A stretch of DNA of 64,000 nucleotides from Polyangiales bacterium (lineage in GTDB: Bacteria > Myxococcota_A > Polyangia > Polyangiales > Houyiibacteriaceae), in assembly GCA_045106895.1 (NCBI GenBank), contig JBGCFM010000024.1, positions 1 to 64,000 on the forward strand, read 5' to 3'. Shown piece by piece: positions 36,493-46,136 of the stretch. How positions within the stretch are numbered: the first letter of the stretch is position 1; the number at the start of each line of letters is the position of its first letter. The position numbers were made by a program, and so were the translations under genes. The notes beneath the pieces were generated by a model. That model saw only the letters and a program-made list of their open reading frames with translations, did no database searches and was not told where the DNA came from.

Positions 36493-37563
36493 CTAGCGCT
36501 CGAAACGCTTCTTGAAGCGCAAGAAGTGTTTCTCGTAGTAGTTGAAGCTGATCCATGCGCCGGCAAACGCGCAGAGGGACGCCAGCCCGAAGTAGATGAA
36601 TGGTGTGCTCTCGACATTTGTGCCCAAGACGCGACGCACCACGTTCATCGCGATCATGTGCAGGAGATACATGCCGTAGCTGACGACACCGGCGGCCATC
36701 AGCGGTTTGAGCTTCAGGACTCGCGCCAGCCCGTGATCTTCGCGAATCACGCAGGTCCCGATGAAGAGCACAAGGATTGGGAAGAGCACGTACTCGGGTA
36801 CCTCAAGGGCCAACGCGACGATCACCGCGATGAGGGCCGCGGGGCTCGAAATCCGATCGCCGAGCCATGCGTAGACCCATCCAAAGCTGCGCTCCGAATG
36901 GAGCAGGTGAGCCAAGAGGACGCCGAGGCCGATGGGTGGAGCGAAGCTTGTCACGATGGAGTACGCCAGCGTGTCGGGGTCGAGGGGCGTAAGCCCGGAT
37001 CGCGCGACCTGCACGCCAACGACGACGGCGAGGACGATCCACGGAGCGAAGCGGGGCAGCTTCTTTTCGACGGCAGGCCAGATCAAATAGAACTGCTCTT
37101 CTGCGGCGAGGGACCAGGCGAAGAAGAAGATGACCCTCTCACCAGGTGGACAGTCCACGAACCAGTTCGACGTGTAGGTCAGGTAGTACGGCAGGTTCTG
37201 GAAGAACTCGGTGGCGTCCTCGCTCCCAGGCTCCACGATGAGCACGAGGCCGATATACGCGAGGATGATGGTGTAATAGAGCGGGAAAATGCGCAGCGTT
37301 CGCCGGACATAAAACGACTTGAGGGAGATCGTCCCGTGCCTCTCGCGTTCTCGCAGCAGAAGCGTGGTGATGAGAAATCCGCTGATCCCAAAGAAGAGGG
37401 AGACGCCGTGCTTTCCGGCCTCAAAGAGCGGGGTGCCAACGAAGTGCTCTTGGAGCGCGTGGTGAAAAATAACACCTAAGACGCTGATGCAGCGGAGGCC
37501 GTCCAACGAGCCAAACCACCGGTTTGCCCGAAATGTGCCAAACGCCCCCATTCCGAGCCTCAT
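36493..37563 (-). CDS. acyltransferase-3 (OafA-like) membrane O-acyltransferase
   Basis: LDGLR, GVSLFFGISGFLIT, FYVRRTLRIFPLYY, WSLAAEEQFY, SYGMYLLH. Confidence 0.9.
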   Translation of the reverse strand: MRLGMGAFGTFRANRWFGSLDGLRCISVLGVIFHHALQEHFVGTPLFEAGKHGVSLFFGISGFLITTLLLRERERHGTISLKSFYVRRTLRIFPLYYTIILAYIGLVLIVEPGSEDATEFFQNLPYYLTYTSNWFVDCPPGERVIFFFAWSLAAEEQFYLIWPAVEKKLPRFAPWIVLAVVVGVQVARSGLTPLDPDTLAYSIVTSFAPPIGLGVLLAHLLHSERSFGWVYAWLGDRISSPAALIAVIVALALEVPEYVLFPILVLFIGTCVIREDHGLARVLKLKPLMAAGVVSYGMYLLHMIAMNVVRRVLGTNVESTPFIYFGLASLCAFAGAWISFNYYEKHFLRFKKRFER

Positions 37564-37599
37564 ACCCTCAAGGTGGGTGAGCGTCGAGTTGAGCTTGTG

Positions 37600-38214
37600 T
37601 TAGCGCAGGCGAGCCTTGAGCCGAGCCAAGACTTCGCGGCGAAGACCAGACACGACGCGGGCGTCGCCGGTCAGGTGGGCGTGGGCACGGGAGCCGCGCA
37701 CCAACGTCACCAGCCACTGGGCGAGGCGCATAGAGCGATCCGGCGACTCCGACTGCGCTTCCATCCGAGCAAAACAGCGTCGAACGAACTCCTCCTCCGC
37801 CAAGAGCAACTTCCGGCCGCGCTCCAGCGCCGAAGACGACTCTCGCGCGAGATCACGAACGAGAGATTCCAGCGCGCCGCCATGACGGCTGAGAGCTCCA
37901 GGCGAAGCGAGACCCGACTTCACGTAGGCGTAGAGCGCGTCTTTCGGGTCGAGCTCCTCCCAGAGCGCGTGCTGCGCCGCGGAGGACTCCGCCAAAGACG
38001 CGACGACGGCGCCGGCGAAGTCCTCTTTCGTCTTGAAGTAGTAATAGACATTGCCGATGGGAACGTCTGCGCGTTCCGCGATGATCTTGATCGTCGTCGC
38101 GCGAATCCCGCCTTCGCGGAAGCACTCCGCCGCCGCTCGCACCAGGCGCTCCCGCTTCGTGCTCTTCTTGCGCGCGCGTTTTCCTGGCTTTGAGATGCTT
38201 TTCGCTGTGGCCAC
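37600..38214 (-). CDS. TetR/AcrR family regulator
   Basis: HTH IAERADVPIGNVYYYFKTKE; divergent from an SDR gene. Confidence 0.85.
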   Translation of the reverse strand: MATAKSISKPGKRARKKSTKRERLVRAAAECFREGGIRATTIKIIAERADVPIGNVYYYFKTKEDFAGAVVASLAESSAAQHALWEELDPKDALYAYVKSGLASPGALSRHGGALESLVRDLARESSSALERGRKLLLAEEEFVRRCFARMEAQSESPDRSMRLAQWLVTLVRGSRAHAHLTGDARVVSGLRREVLARLKARLR

Positions 38215-38298
38215 CGCCGCAGAGAGTCAGGCAACTAAGGCATCGGCGCAAGCTTTTCGGCGCTTGAATCCACCCTGCAGCCAGTCCAGTCTGCGATC

Positions 38299-39102
38299 AT
38301 GCTTTTTGAGAACAAGATCGTGTGGGTCACAGGCGGCGGAAGCGGCATTGGCGAAGCCATGGCCACGGAGTTCGCTAAGCAGGGTGCGAAGGTGGTCGTC
38401 TCCGGTCGCCGCAAGGAGCGCCTCGACGCCGTCGTCGCCAAACTTGGCGAAGAGCGCTCCCTCGCGCTCCCCCTCGATGTGACTGACGAAGAGGCGGTTC
38501 ACGCAGCTGCCCAGGCGATCAAGTCCCACTTCGGCGGCCTCGACGTGACCGTTGCGAATGCTGGCTTTGGTGTAGCCGGTCGCATCGAAAAGCTGAGCGC
38601 CGAGGACTGGCGCCGTCAGTTCGATGTTAACGTGGTCGGTCTGACGACGACGGTCCGGGCCTCGCTGCCGCTGCTTCGTGAGCGAAGCGGACGCATTGCG
38701 CTTCTAGGAAGCGTGATGAGTCAGCTGACCGTTCCTGGGAGTGGCGCCTACGCTGCGAGCAAGTACGCCGTCCGCGCCATCGGCCAGACTCTCTCGATGG
38801 AGCTCGCCGGAAGTGGTGTCAGCTGCACGACGATCCACCCGGGGTTCGTGGAAAGCGAGATCGGCCAGGTCGACAACGGCGGCGTTTACGATGAGGGCCG
38901 CAAGGACCCTCGGCCGCAGCGTTTCATGTGGACCTCAGCCCGCGCGGCGAAGGTCTGCGTTCGGGCTATCGCGTCCCGCAAGCGCGAGTTCGTGTTTACG
39001 GGTCATGGTCGCGTCGCGGCGTTCCTGGGTCGGCATTTTCCTGGCCTGAATCACCTCGTCGGCGCGCGCAGCGGTGGCTCCAAGCAGCTCCCCAAAGGGT
39101 AG
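38299..39102 (+). CDS. short-chain dehydrogenase/reductase
   Basis: TGGGSGIG, NAG, YAASK, HPGFV. Confidence 0.93.
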   Translation: MLFENKIVWVTGGGSGIGEAMATEFAKQGAKVVVSGRRKERLDAVVAKLGEERSLALPLDVTDEEAVHAAAQAIKSHFGGLDVTVANAGFGVAGRIEKLSAEDWRRQFDVNVVGLTTTVRASLPLLRERSGRIALLGSVMSQLTVPGSGAYAASKYAVRAIGQTLSMELAGSGVSCTTIHPGFVESEIGQVDNGGVYDEGRKDPRPQRFMWTSARAAKVCVRAIASRKREFVFTGHGRVAAFLGRHFPGLNHLVGARSGGSKQLPKG

Positions 39103-39137
39103 CCGGCGTCTCCTTAGGCTTCTGCTAGGCTCCTGTC

Positions 39138-40868
39138 GTGCGAATGGGCTCGACTAAGGCTTGGCTCCTAGCCAGCATGCTCGTCGCGAGCGCCGCCCAC
39201 GCGCAATCTGATGGCGGCGTCGCCGACGCGGGCGTCGACGCCGGCGTGGAGGACGCAGGCGCGGGCGCCAGCGAGACGGACGCCGGCGCGAACTCTAGCG
39301 CGGACGACGCGGGTCTTTCGGACGTGCCAAGCATGGACGCCGCGGCGGCGTCGCCGGAAGAGTCACCCGCAGCAGAGGCCCCCGCAGCAGAGGCTCCGGA
39401 GCCCGCGAACGTTCCTCCCCGTACAGAGCCCGCTCGGCCTTCGGAAGGTGAGAGCCTCTACCCAGAAGAAGAACACGCCGAGCCTGGCATGGAAGAGCGC
39501 GTGCGCTACTTCCTCGAAGGAATCGAGGTTCGTGGGCCGGATCGCCGCACTCGCAGCCGCGTGATCCAAAGCTATATCCCGCTCCAAGTCGGGGACATCG
39601 TCGACCCTGAAGATCCGATGATCGAGGCCATTGAGTGGCGACTTCGGGGAACGGGCTGGTTCTCTCAAGTGAGCGTTCACCTTGAACGAGGGCAGCGCCG
39701 AAACTGGGTGGTGCTCGTCGTGGACGTTGTCGAGCGGAACACCATCGTCGTCGAGCAGCTCACCTTTGGCATCTCCGAGGGACTCAACGGCAGCCTCGAT
39801 CTCGACGTGGACCGTCACTTCTACGCGGGCGCGACCATCGCCGAAACCAATCTCCTGGGCACCGGCGCTCGTCTCGCGCTCAGCGGCCTTGGCTCCAGGC
39901 GAGCGCGCGGGCTGCGTCTCGAATACGAAGACCCCCGCCTGCTCCCAGGCCAAATGGCTCTTCGCGCGTCGTTTTTCTACAACAACGCCCGCGAGTACTT
40001 CGGAAATGAGCCCCTCGTCGAGAGCATCTGCCCCGAAGAAGTGCCCGAGTGCGAGCCCAACAACGCCGTGGTGTTCTACAAGCGCGGCGGGATCTCCATC
40101 GGCACCGGTAGGAACCTTGGCTCCTCCACCCGCCTGACCATCGACTGGCGCGGCGAGCTCATCGATGTGAGCGCGCTCCCTGAATGGGCCAGCGAGGACC
40201 GAGGCGGCATCGTCCAGCCGATCGACTTTGCAATTCAGTCCGGGCTGAGCCGCGTGTCCTCCCTGCGTGCGCGTCTTACCTACGACCGCCGCGATGACCC
40301 GGCGATGACCACCCGCGGCACGCATTTCCGCCTCGGCGCGGACCTGGCGTCGGGCGCCATCGGAAGCAACTATGATTTCCTGCGGATGCAGCTCTCGCTG
40401 CGCCATTGGGTTCCGCTGGGACGAGGCCACAGCGTGCGCTTCGGCGGTTTCGTCGGCGCGATCTTTGGTGACGCGCCTTTCTTCTACAAGTTCCACGTCT
40501 CCGATTTCTCGGACTTCATTCCTGGTCGCTACCTCGAGATGCAGCTGGATCGCCGACCCGCCGCGGACGTGTTCAACACCTCCATCGCCGTGATGCGTCA
40601 GCAAGAGCTCGCCGCCCGCGCCGACGTTCAATACGAAGCGCCGCTCTACGACCGTGGCCGAGGCGTCCTCCGCACTCTCCGCGCGTACCTCAATATCGGC
40701 GTCTTCGCTCTCGGAGACCGTCGGGACTTCCGGACCGGGCTTCCTGGCTACCGAGGCTTCTCGCGCTTTCCTCTGGATCTCACCGTCGACCTCGGCCTTC
40801 GCTTCGATCTGAGCTTTGGCGTGTTCCAAATCGGTTTCTCTAACGTGCTGGGTTTCATCAACCTGTGA
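39138..40868 (+). CDS. Omp85 (BamA/TamA) family outer-membrane protein with one POTRA domain
   Basis: Signal peptide; POTRA-like RL..TGWFSQV...VVDVVER; ETNLLGTG; YDRRDD...RG barrel motifs. Confidence 0.75.
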   Translation: MRMGSTKAWLLASMLVASAAHAQSDGGVADAGVDAGVEDAGAGASETDAGANSSADDAGLSDVPSMDAAAASPEESPAAEAPAAEAPEPANVPPRTEPARPSEGESLYPEEEHAEPGMEERVRYFLEGIEVRGPDRRTRSRVIQSYIPLQVGDIVDPEDPMIEAIEWRLRGTGWFSQVSVHLERGQRRNWVVLVVDVVERNTIVVEQLTFGISEGLNGSLDLDVDRHFYAGATIAETNLLGTGARLALSGLGSRRARGLRLEYEDPRLLPGQMALRASFFYNNAREYFGNEPLVESICPEEVPECEPNNAVVFYKRGGISIGTGRNLGSSTRLTIDWRGELIDVSALPEWASEDRGGIVQPIDFAIQSGLSRVSSLRARLTYDRRDDPAMTTRGTHFRLGADLASGAIGSNYDFLRMQLSLRHWVPLGRGHSVRFGGFVGAIFGDAPFFYKFHVSDFSDFIPGRYLEMQLDRRPAADVFNTSIAVMRQQELAARADVQYEAPLYDRGRGVLRTLRAYLNIGVFALGDRRDFRTGLPGYRGFSRFPLDLTVDLGLRFDLSFGVFQIGFSNVLGFINL

Positions 40869-41467
40869 CACGGCGTTTTCGAACTTTCGTCGTGGTCCTG
40901 GGTCTGGCCCTTCTCTCGACGGTGGCGCTCGCTCAGCTTCGAACCCGGCGCGTCGGGGTGCGTTGGGAGAATGGCGTGCCTCAAGTGAGCGTTGGTCTGC
41001 GAGACCTCGTCTCAAGCCGCGTGCGCCGTGAGCTTCAGAGTGGGCTTCGCAAACGCATCGTCGTCACCGCCCAGGCGTACCGTGTGGGCAACTCTCGGGC
41101 CTTGGCCACACGCACGTTCTCCTGCGCGGTTACCTACGACCTGTGGCAGGAGTCCTACGTCGTGCGCATCGGCTCTCGCTCCGAGGTCTTCCAGGAGCTC
41201 CGCCAGGTCGTCGACCGATGCCTCTCTATTCGTGGGCTCCCCGTGGGCCAAGCCGACCAGTACGAAAACGTGCATGGGCGGGACATCTTCTTCGCCGTCC
41301 GAGCGGAGTTCGACCCCATCGATCCCATTCGATGTCGCGAGATGCTGCGCTCGAGTGGTGGTGGCGGCGACCCCATCGGGCCCATCGTCGTCAACATCGT
41401 CAGGCGTGATATTTGCCAGGCGGACCGCGTCGTGGAGTTTCGCTCACCGGTCGTGACGTGCCCGTGA
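40865..41467 (+). CDS. DUF4390-like periplasmic protein
   Basis: Signal peptide, ELQSGL, VTYDLWQESY; directly upstream of an NtrY-like kinase. Confidence 0.55.
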   Translation: MTRRFRTFVVVLGLALLSTVALAQLRTRRVGVRWENGVPQVSVGLRDLVSSRVRRELQSGLRKRIVVTAQAYRVGNSRALATRTFSCAVTYDLWQESYVVRIGSRSEVFQELRQVVDRCLSIRGLPVGQADQYENVHGRDIFFAVRAEFDPIDPIRCREMLRSSGGGGDPIGPIVVNIVRRDICQADRVVEFRSPVVTCP

Positions 41468-43017
41468 CCCCGCCAAAGACCAGGGCCAAGCCGAAGCGAC
41501 GGAAGAGCCGTCGTCGCTTTGGTCGCTTTGAGACCAAGATCCTCGGCGCCATGTGCCTCGTCGCCTTGGGTCCTCTCATCGGCGGCCTCGTGTTTGGTCG
41601 CTCGGTTCTTCAGGACGCATACGCCCTCGGCGTCAACGAACGCTTCGCGGGCCAGCTTCATCGCGCCGTCGATATTCACCGTACCTACCTCGTCGCCCTG
41701 CGCGAAGGCGGTGAACGCGCCGCGGACGCCGTCGCTGGTTCACACACGCTTCGCGGCATGCTGGAGAGCGCGCCGCGTGAGGCCATCGAAGCTCACCTTC
41801 AATCCAGGCTTCAGCGCTACGACGGTATTGCCCGTTTCAGGGTCCTCGAAGGAGACGAAGTGCGTGCCGAGGCGGAGGACCTCGCGCGCCTCGGCGATAG
41901 TTTTCGCGAGCTCGTTCAACGACGCGACGTGGAGGTCGGTGGCCGCGAGTTCGTCATCGAGACCGTCGCCACCGCTCCCGAGAGCGCCTTCGACGCCTTC
42001 CAGCAGGCCGGCGCCGACGCGGAACTCTACGACCGCCTCGAGGCCCAAGGCGCCAACGTGTCGGACGTGTACCTTTGGGTTTATATCGCGTTCTTGGCCC
42101 TGGTCATCGTCTTCGCTCTCGCCTTGGCGGTGTTCGTCGCACGGCGCATCACCAAACGCGTCACGGTGCTGGCGGCTGCGACGCGCCGCTTGGGTGGCGG
42201 CGATATGAATGTCACGGTTCCTCGGGAGTCCCAGGACGAAGTTGGAGAGCTCGTCGAGGCCTTCAACACCATGGTTGAAGACCTGCGCCGCTCCCGCGAG
42301 CGAATCGACTACCTCAAACGCATCGGCGCCTGGCAGGAGTTCGCGCGGCGCCTCGCCCACGAGATCAAAAACCCGCTCACGCCGATTCGCCTCGCCGCGC
42401 AAGAGATCCACCGCAGCTACGACGGCGAGGATGAGCGCTTCTCCCAGAAGCTCTCGGACGCCAAGGAGATCATCGAGGAGGAGGTCGAGACCCTGCGGCG
42501 CCTCGTCGGCGAGTTCAGCAGCTTTGCCAAGCTCCCCTCGGCGGCTCTCGAAGCTGCGGATCTCAACGAGTTCGTCTCGGACCTGGAGCTCGCCATCACC
42601 ACCATCGCCATCGACGTCTTTCCCGAGGAGCCGCGACCAGCGACGAAGATTCGGCTGGCGCCGGTGGAGAGCCTGCCTGTACAGATCGACGCGATGATGC
42701 TGAAGCGCTGTGTCGACAACCTCGTGCGTAATGCGCTCCAGGCCATGCGCGGCGGCAAAGGGTCCATCGTGCGGGTTTCTGTCGAGGACGATGGCGAAGA
42801 CGCCTGCATCTCCGTGGAGGATGACGGCCCCGGAATCCCCAAAGGGGACTGGGAGTCGATCTTCGATCCCTACTTCACGACCAAATCGGACGGCACCGGA
42901 CTCGGTCTCGCTATCGTCAAGAAGGTGATCTTGGAGCACGAGGGCAGCATCACCTGCGAGAAGTCCTCCCTTGGCGGCGCCCGCATGGTGATTCGGGTTC
43001 CTCTTTCGTCGAGATGA
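41464..43017 (+). CDS. HAMP-domain sensor histidine kinase (NtrY-like)
   Basis: Two TMs, HAMP DEVGELVEAFN, H-box AWQEFARRLAHEIKNPLTPI, N/G1/F/G2 boxes. Confidence 0.92.
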   Translation: MTPPKTRAKPKRRKSRRRFGRFETKILGAMCLVALGPLIGGLVFGRSVLQDAYALGVNERFAGQLHRAVDIHRTYLVALREGGERAADAVAGSHTLRGMLESAPREAIEAHLQSRLQRYDGIARFRVLEGDEVRAEAEDLARLGDSFRELVQRRDVEVGGREFVIETVATAPESAFDAFQQAGADAELYDRLEAQGANVSDVYLWVYIAFLALVIVFALALAVFVARRITKRVTVLAAATRRLGGGDMNVTVPRESQDEVGELVEAFNTMVEDLRRSRERIDYLKRIGAWQEFARRLAHEIKNPLTPIRLAAQEIHRSYDGEDERFSQKLSDAKEIIEEEVETLRRLVGEFSSFAKLPSAALEAADLNEFVSDLELAITTIAIDVFPEEPRPATKIRLAPVESLPVQIDAMMLKRCVDNLVRNALQAMRGGKGSIVRVSVEDDGEDACISVEDDGPGIPKGDWESIFDPYFTTKSDGTGLGLAIVKKVILEHEGSITCEKSSLGGARMVIRVPLSSR

Positions 43018-43018
43018 T

Positions 43019-43522
43019 ATGAAGAGCGACGTCCTCCGCCTACTGCCGGCTTTTGCCCTCATCGTCGCCGTCGCGACGGGTCTGGCTTTTTGGACAGAAC
43101 GTGCCGCGCCAGCCCCGGACTTTACGCTGGACGTCATCGCCGGAGAGGGCCTCGGCGACCGCGTGTCCCTCGCAAATCTGCGTGGGGAGGTGGTCGTTCT
43201 GGAGTTTTGGGCGTCTTGGTGCAGTGCCTGCCGACGCTCCGTTCCCGCGCTGAACGAATTTCACGAGCGTCTCCCAGAGGTTCAAATCTACGGAATTACG
43301 TCCGAAGGGCTGACGCCAGCGGAGATTCGAGCGGCCCACGAACACTTCGGGTTCGATTTTCCGTCCCTTCGAGACGATGAGGGCCTCTCCCAGGTGTTTG
43401 GCGTCGAAGCCCTGCCCACAGTAGTGGTTATTGACCAAGAAGGTCGGGTTCAATGGCACCAAATGGGGACTGTTTCGACCGACGAACTGCTCGAACAAGT
43501 GCGGCCATTTACCTCGGAGTAG
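43019..43522 (+). CDS. TlpA/ResA-like thiol-disulfide oxidoreductase
   Basis: N-terminal TM, FWASWCSAC, LPTVVVID..G. Confidence 0.88.
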   Translation: MKSDVLRLLPAFALIVAVATGLAFWTERAAPAPDFTLDVIAGEGLGDRVSLANLRGEVVVLEFWASWCSACRRSVPALNEFHERLPEVQIYGITSEGLTPAEIRAAHEHFGFDFPSLRDDEGLSQVFGVEALPTVVVIDQEGRVQWHQMGTVSTDELLEQVRPFTSE

Positions 43523-43561
43523 ATGGTTTTGGGGGATGACTCTTGATCCTATGAGAGCTGA

Positions 43562-44416
43562 TTGGTAACGTTCGCCGCCCCGGCTTCTCACAAAGCCGGC
43601 CGGTTTTGGCCGGAAAACGGGAGGATTGGCTTGGTTCAGCAGCTTCAGGGTGCGAGTTTAGAAAGTCGCGTCGCGCGCTACCAGGAACTTCGAAAAGCAG
43701 TCCCACCTGCGGTTCTCGAAGATTTCGACAAAAACCTAAAGATGTCATGGATTTACCATGACAGCGCGATCGAGGGCGTCGTCTACACGCAAGACGAGCT
43801 CATGTCGGCGATTGCGGAGGAGGAGCCCGAAGACGGTGCTCTTACCCCCGTCTACGACGAGATCCGCAATCACCTTCGAGCCATCGCGATGCTCGAAGAG
43901 TACGCCGAGAAGAAGCGGTTTTCGCTGAGTCTCGACGTCATCAAGAAGCTCTACGCCGTGCTCGCGCCGGAAGAGCTCGAGGGCAAAGGGCAGCCGACAT
44001 ACCGCAAGGATATGCCGCTACACCGGCTCTATTTCCACGAGATCTCTCAGCCCGAGAAGATCTCGTACAAGATGCGTCAGCTTGTGACTTGGATGAACGC
44101 GCCGGAGACGAAGCGCTCCACCCACGCGGTTCGTTTGGCTTCAAGAGCCCACGCCCAGCTGCTGCAGATCTATCCTTTCCCGCGTCAGAGCGGCAAGGTC
44201 GCACGCCTTGTGCTCAACCTGATTCTGATGCGCCAGGGTTACCCGCCCGTCGTGTTCCACGCGACGCAGCGTCAGCGCTACTACGAGGCCCTGAAGAACA
44301 ACGAAGATGCCGTGGCAAACTTCGTCAACCAGGCCCTCATCGCCAGCGCTGAGAGCAGCATCGCCTACCTCGAAGAGGTCGTCGCGAACCTCGAGGCCGA
44401 ACAAGCCAAGAAGTAG
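43562..44416 (+). CDS. Fic-domain protein with degenerate active site
   Basis: YHDSAIEG helix; YPFPRQSGKVAR in place of HPFxDGNGRxxR; RQRYYEAL. Start uncertain. Confidence 0.75.
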   Translation: MVTFAAPASHKAGRFWPENGRIGLVQQLQGASLESRVARYQELRKAVPPAVLEDFDKNLKMSWIYHDSAIEGVVYTQDELMSAIAEEEPEDGALTPVYDEIRNHLRAIAMLEEYAEKKRFSLSLDVIKKLYAVLAPEELEGKGQPTYRKDMPLHRLYFHEISQPEKISYKMRQLVTWMNAPETKRSTHAVRLASRAHAQLLQIYPFPRQSGKVARLVLNLILMRQGYPPVVFHATQRQRYYEALKNNEDAVANFVNQALIASAESSIAYLEEVVANLEAEQAKK

Positions 44417-44456
44417 TCGCCAGCAACGCACCGCGAATGGTGCGTTGTGGGGACGA

Positions 44457-46136
44457 TCAGGGAGCCGCGAAGCCGGCGGGGAGCAGCACTTCGTAGCTGC
44501 CGTCGTCGTCGATGCGTGAGCGGGCCACTTCAACGTAGCGTTCGCCGCTGAGGGCGAAGGCCCGAACTTCCAGGCCCGCCAACTCGACGTCGTTGGCGTC
44601 GCGTACCATGCCGTGCACGGGGACCGGCGCGGTCACTTGGTAGTTGGAGATGAGCGTGGAGTCGACGGCGCCCACGGCGAGGTCCGGGGCGACGATCCAA
44701 GCAAAGCCCGTCTCCACCCCGGGACGCATGAAGAGGTCGTAGCTGCCCACATCGAGGAGCAGTGCGAAGCGGCCGGTCTCGTCGGTCACGGACTCGCTGG
44801 TGCGGTTTCGCGTGGAGTCAGCGACGGCGGCGCGGGCCTCCACGGGCACGTCTGAAAGCGCCTCGGATGTCGTGTTCGCCAGGACGCTTCCGCCCAGCTG
44901 GGTTCGGCGTTCCACGCGGAAGAGCTGGCCGCGAATGATCTGGTCGTCCATGGACGGTGTGATGCGAACAGACTCCGTGCTGACAGCGAAGCTCAGGTCT
45001 GTGGGCGTGATGGTCACGTCGTAGTTGCCAGGCAGGAGCGTCGTTGTGAAGCGGCCCTCGGTGGCGACGACGTTCGCTCGGAAGGAGCCACGCAGGCCAC
45101 TCTCTTCATCGGCGACGTCGTTCGAGACAAACTCCAACGTCGCGTCGGCGGCGCCCCCGGCGGCGTCTTCGACGGTGCCCTCGTATTCGACGGTCCGAAC
45201 GGCGGGCACCCGAATGCGTAGGTCTTCAGAGAGGAGGCTTGGGTCCGCCTCGATGGTGGGGAAGAGCGGCCTGGCGCCCGCGGCGCTGACGCGGAGGACA
45301 TAGGGTCCGCTCGCCTCGCCGATGACCAAGGTGAATAGGCCTTCTTCATCCGTGACACTTGTGGAGGACACTACTGTGCCTTCTTCATCGATGGCGCGAA
45401 CCACGAGGCCTTCTTCCGCCGTGGCCGTCATGTCCGTCATGCTCACGACGCTGCCCTGGAGGGTGCATCGATCGGTACGGGTCGCCCCGCACACATCACG
45501 AAGCTCTTCGCCGTAGGGGAACATCGCGCGCCAGATTGCGCTCTGGACACCCGCGATAGGCTCTGGCGTCACGAGCTGATTGACGACACGAAGGGGCGGC
45601 AGCCGGCGCTCCCATGGCTCTTCGTCCCCGTCTTCGGCGAGGGCGACGGAGGGGCGGACGAGCACATCGTAGGCTTGCCCCGCTTCGAGGCGTGCGATGT
45701 AGTCCGCTTCGTTTCCTTCGTCGTCCACCATGGGCTCGTCGAAGGTGTTCGTTCGGATGACGACGCTTGGCAGACCGGGCAATCCGGCGCGGGAGAAGAC
45801 GAGCTCAGCGGCGACGCGCTCCTCGCCAAAGCGAACCTGGCCGCGAACCTCCACGTAGCCGGGCACCGCCAGGTCGAGCTCTTGAGGCGACGTGACCTGA
45901 TAACTCTCGCTCGTCCAAAGCGGGCGCACATCGGTGGTTTCCGTCGGAACGACGCGGAAAACGACCTGGATTGGGTCCGTGGCCGTCGACACACAGCGCG
46001 CTTCGACGCACTGCGCTGGGCCGCACTCGGCGTCGGTCGCGCAGAGATTGACCGCCTGCATCGGCGGGCCGCCAAAGCTGCACGCACCCAGCAGCGAGAG
46101 CAGCAGCGCACTTCGAAGGGTGCTCATTGTGTGCAT
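44457..46136 (-). CDS. lipoprotein with repeated carboxypeptidase-regulatory-like (beta-sandwich) domains
   Basis: Lipobox LGAC, small Cys-rich motif, repeated TDEEGLF / TDETGRF / LLPGNYDV / DDDGSYEV. Confidence 0.7.
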   Translation of the reverse strand: MHTMSTLRSALLLSLLGACSFGGPPMQAVNLCATDAECGPAQCVEARCVSTATDPIQVVFRVVPTETTDVRPLWTSESYQVTSPQELDLAVPGYVEVRGQVRFGEERVAAELVFSRAGLPGLPSVVIRTNTFDEPMVDDEGNEADYIARLEAGQAYDVLVRPSVALAEDGDEEPWERRLPPLRVVNQLVTPEPIAGVQSAIWRAMFPYGEELRDVCGATRTDRCTLQGSVVSMTDMTATAEEGLVVRAIDEEGTVVSSTSVTDEEGLFTLVIGEASGPYVLRVSAAGARPLFPTIEADPSLLSEDLRIRVPAVRTVEYEGTVEDAAGGAADATLEFVSNDVADEESGLRGSFRANVVATEGRFTTTLLPGNYDVTITPTDLSFAVSTESVRITPSMDDQIIRGQLFRVERRTQLGGSVLANTTSEALSDVPVEARAAVADSTRNRTSESVTDETGRFALLLDVGSYDLFMRPGVETGFAWIVAPDLAVGAVDSTLISNYQVTAPVPVHGMVRDANDVELAGLEVRAFALSGERYVEVARSRIDDDGSYEVLLPAGFAAP

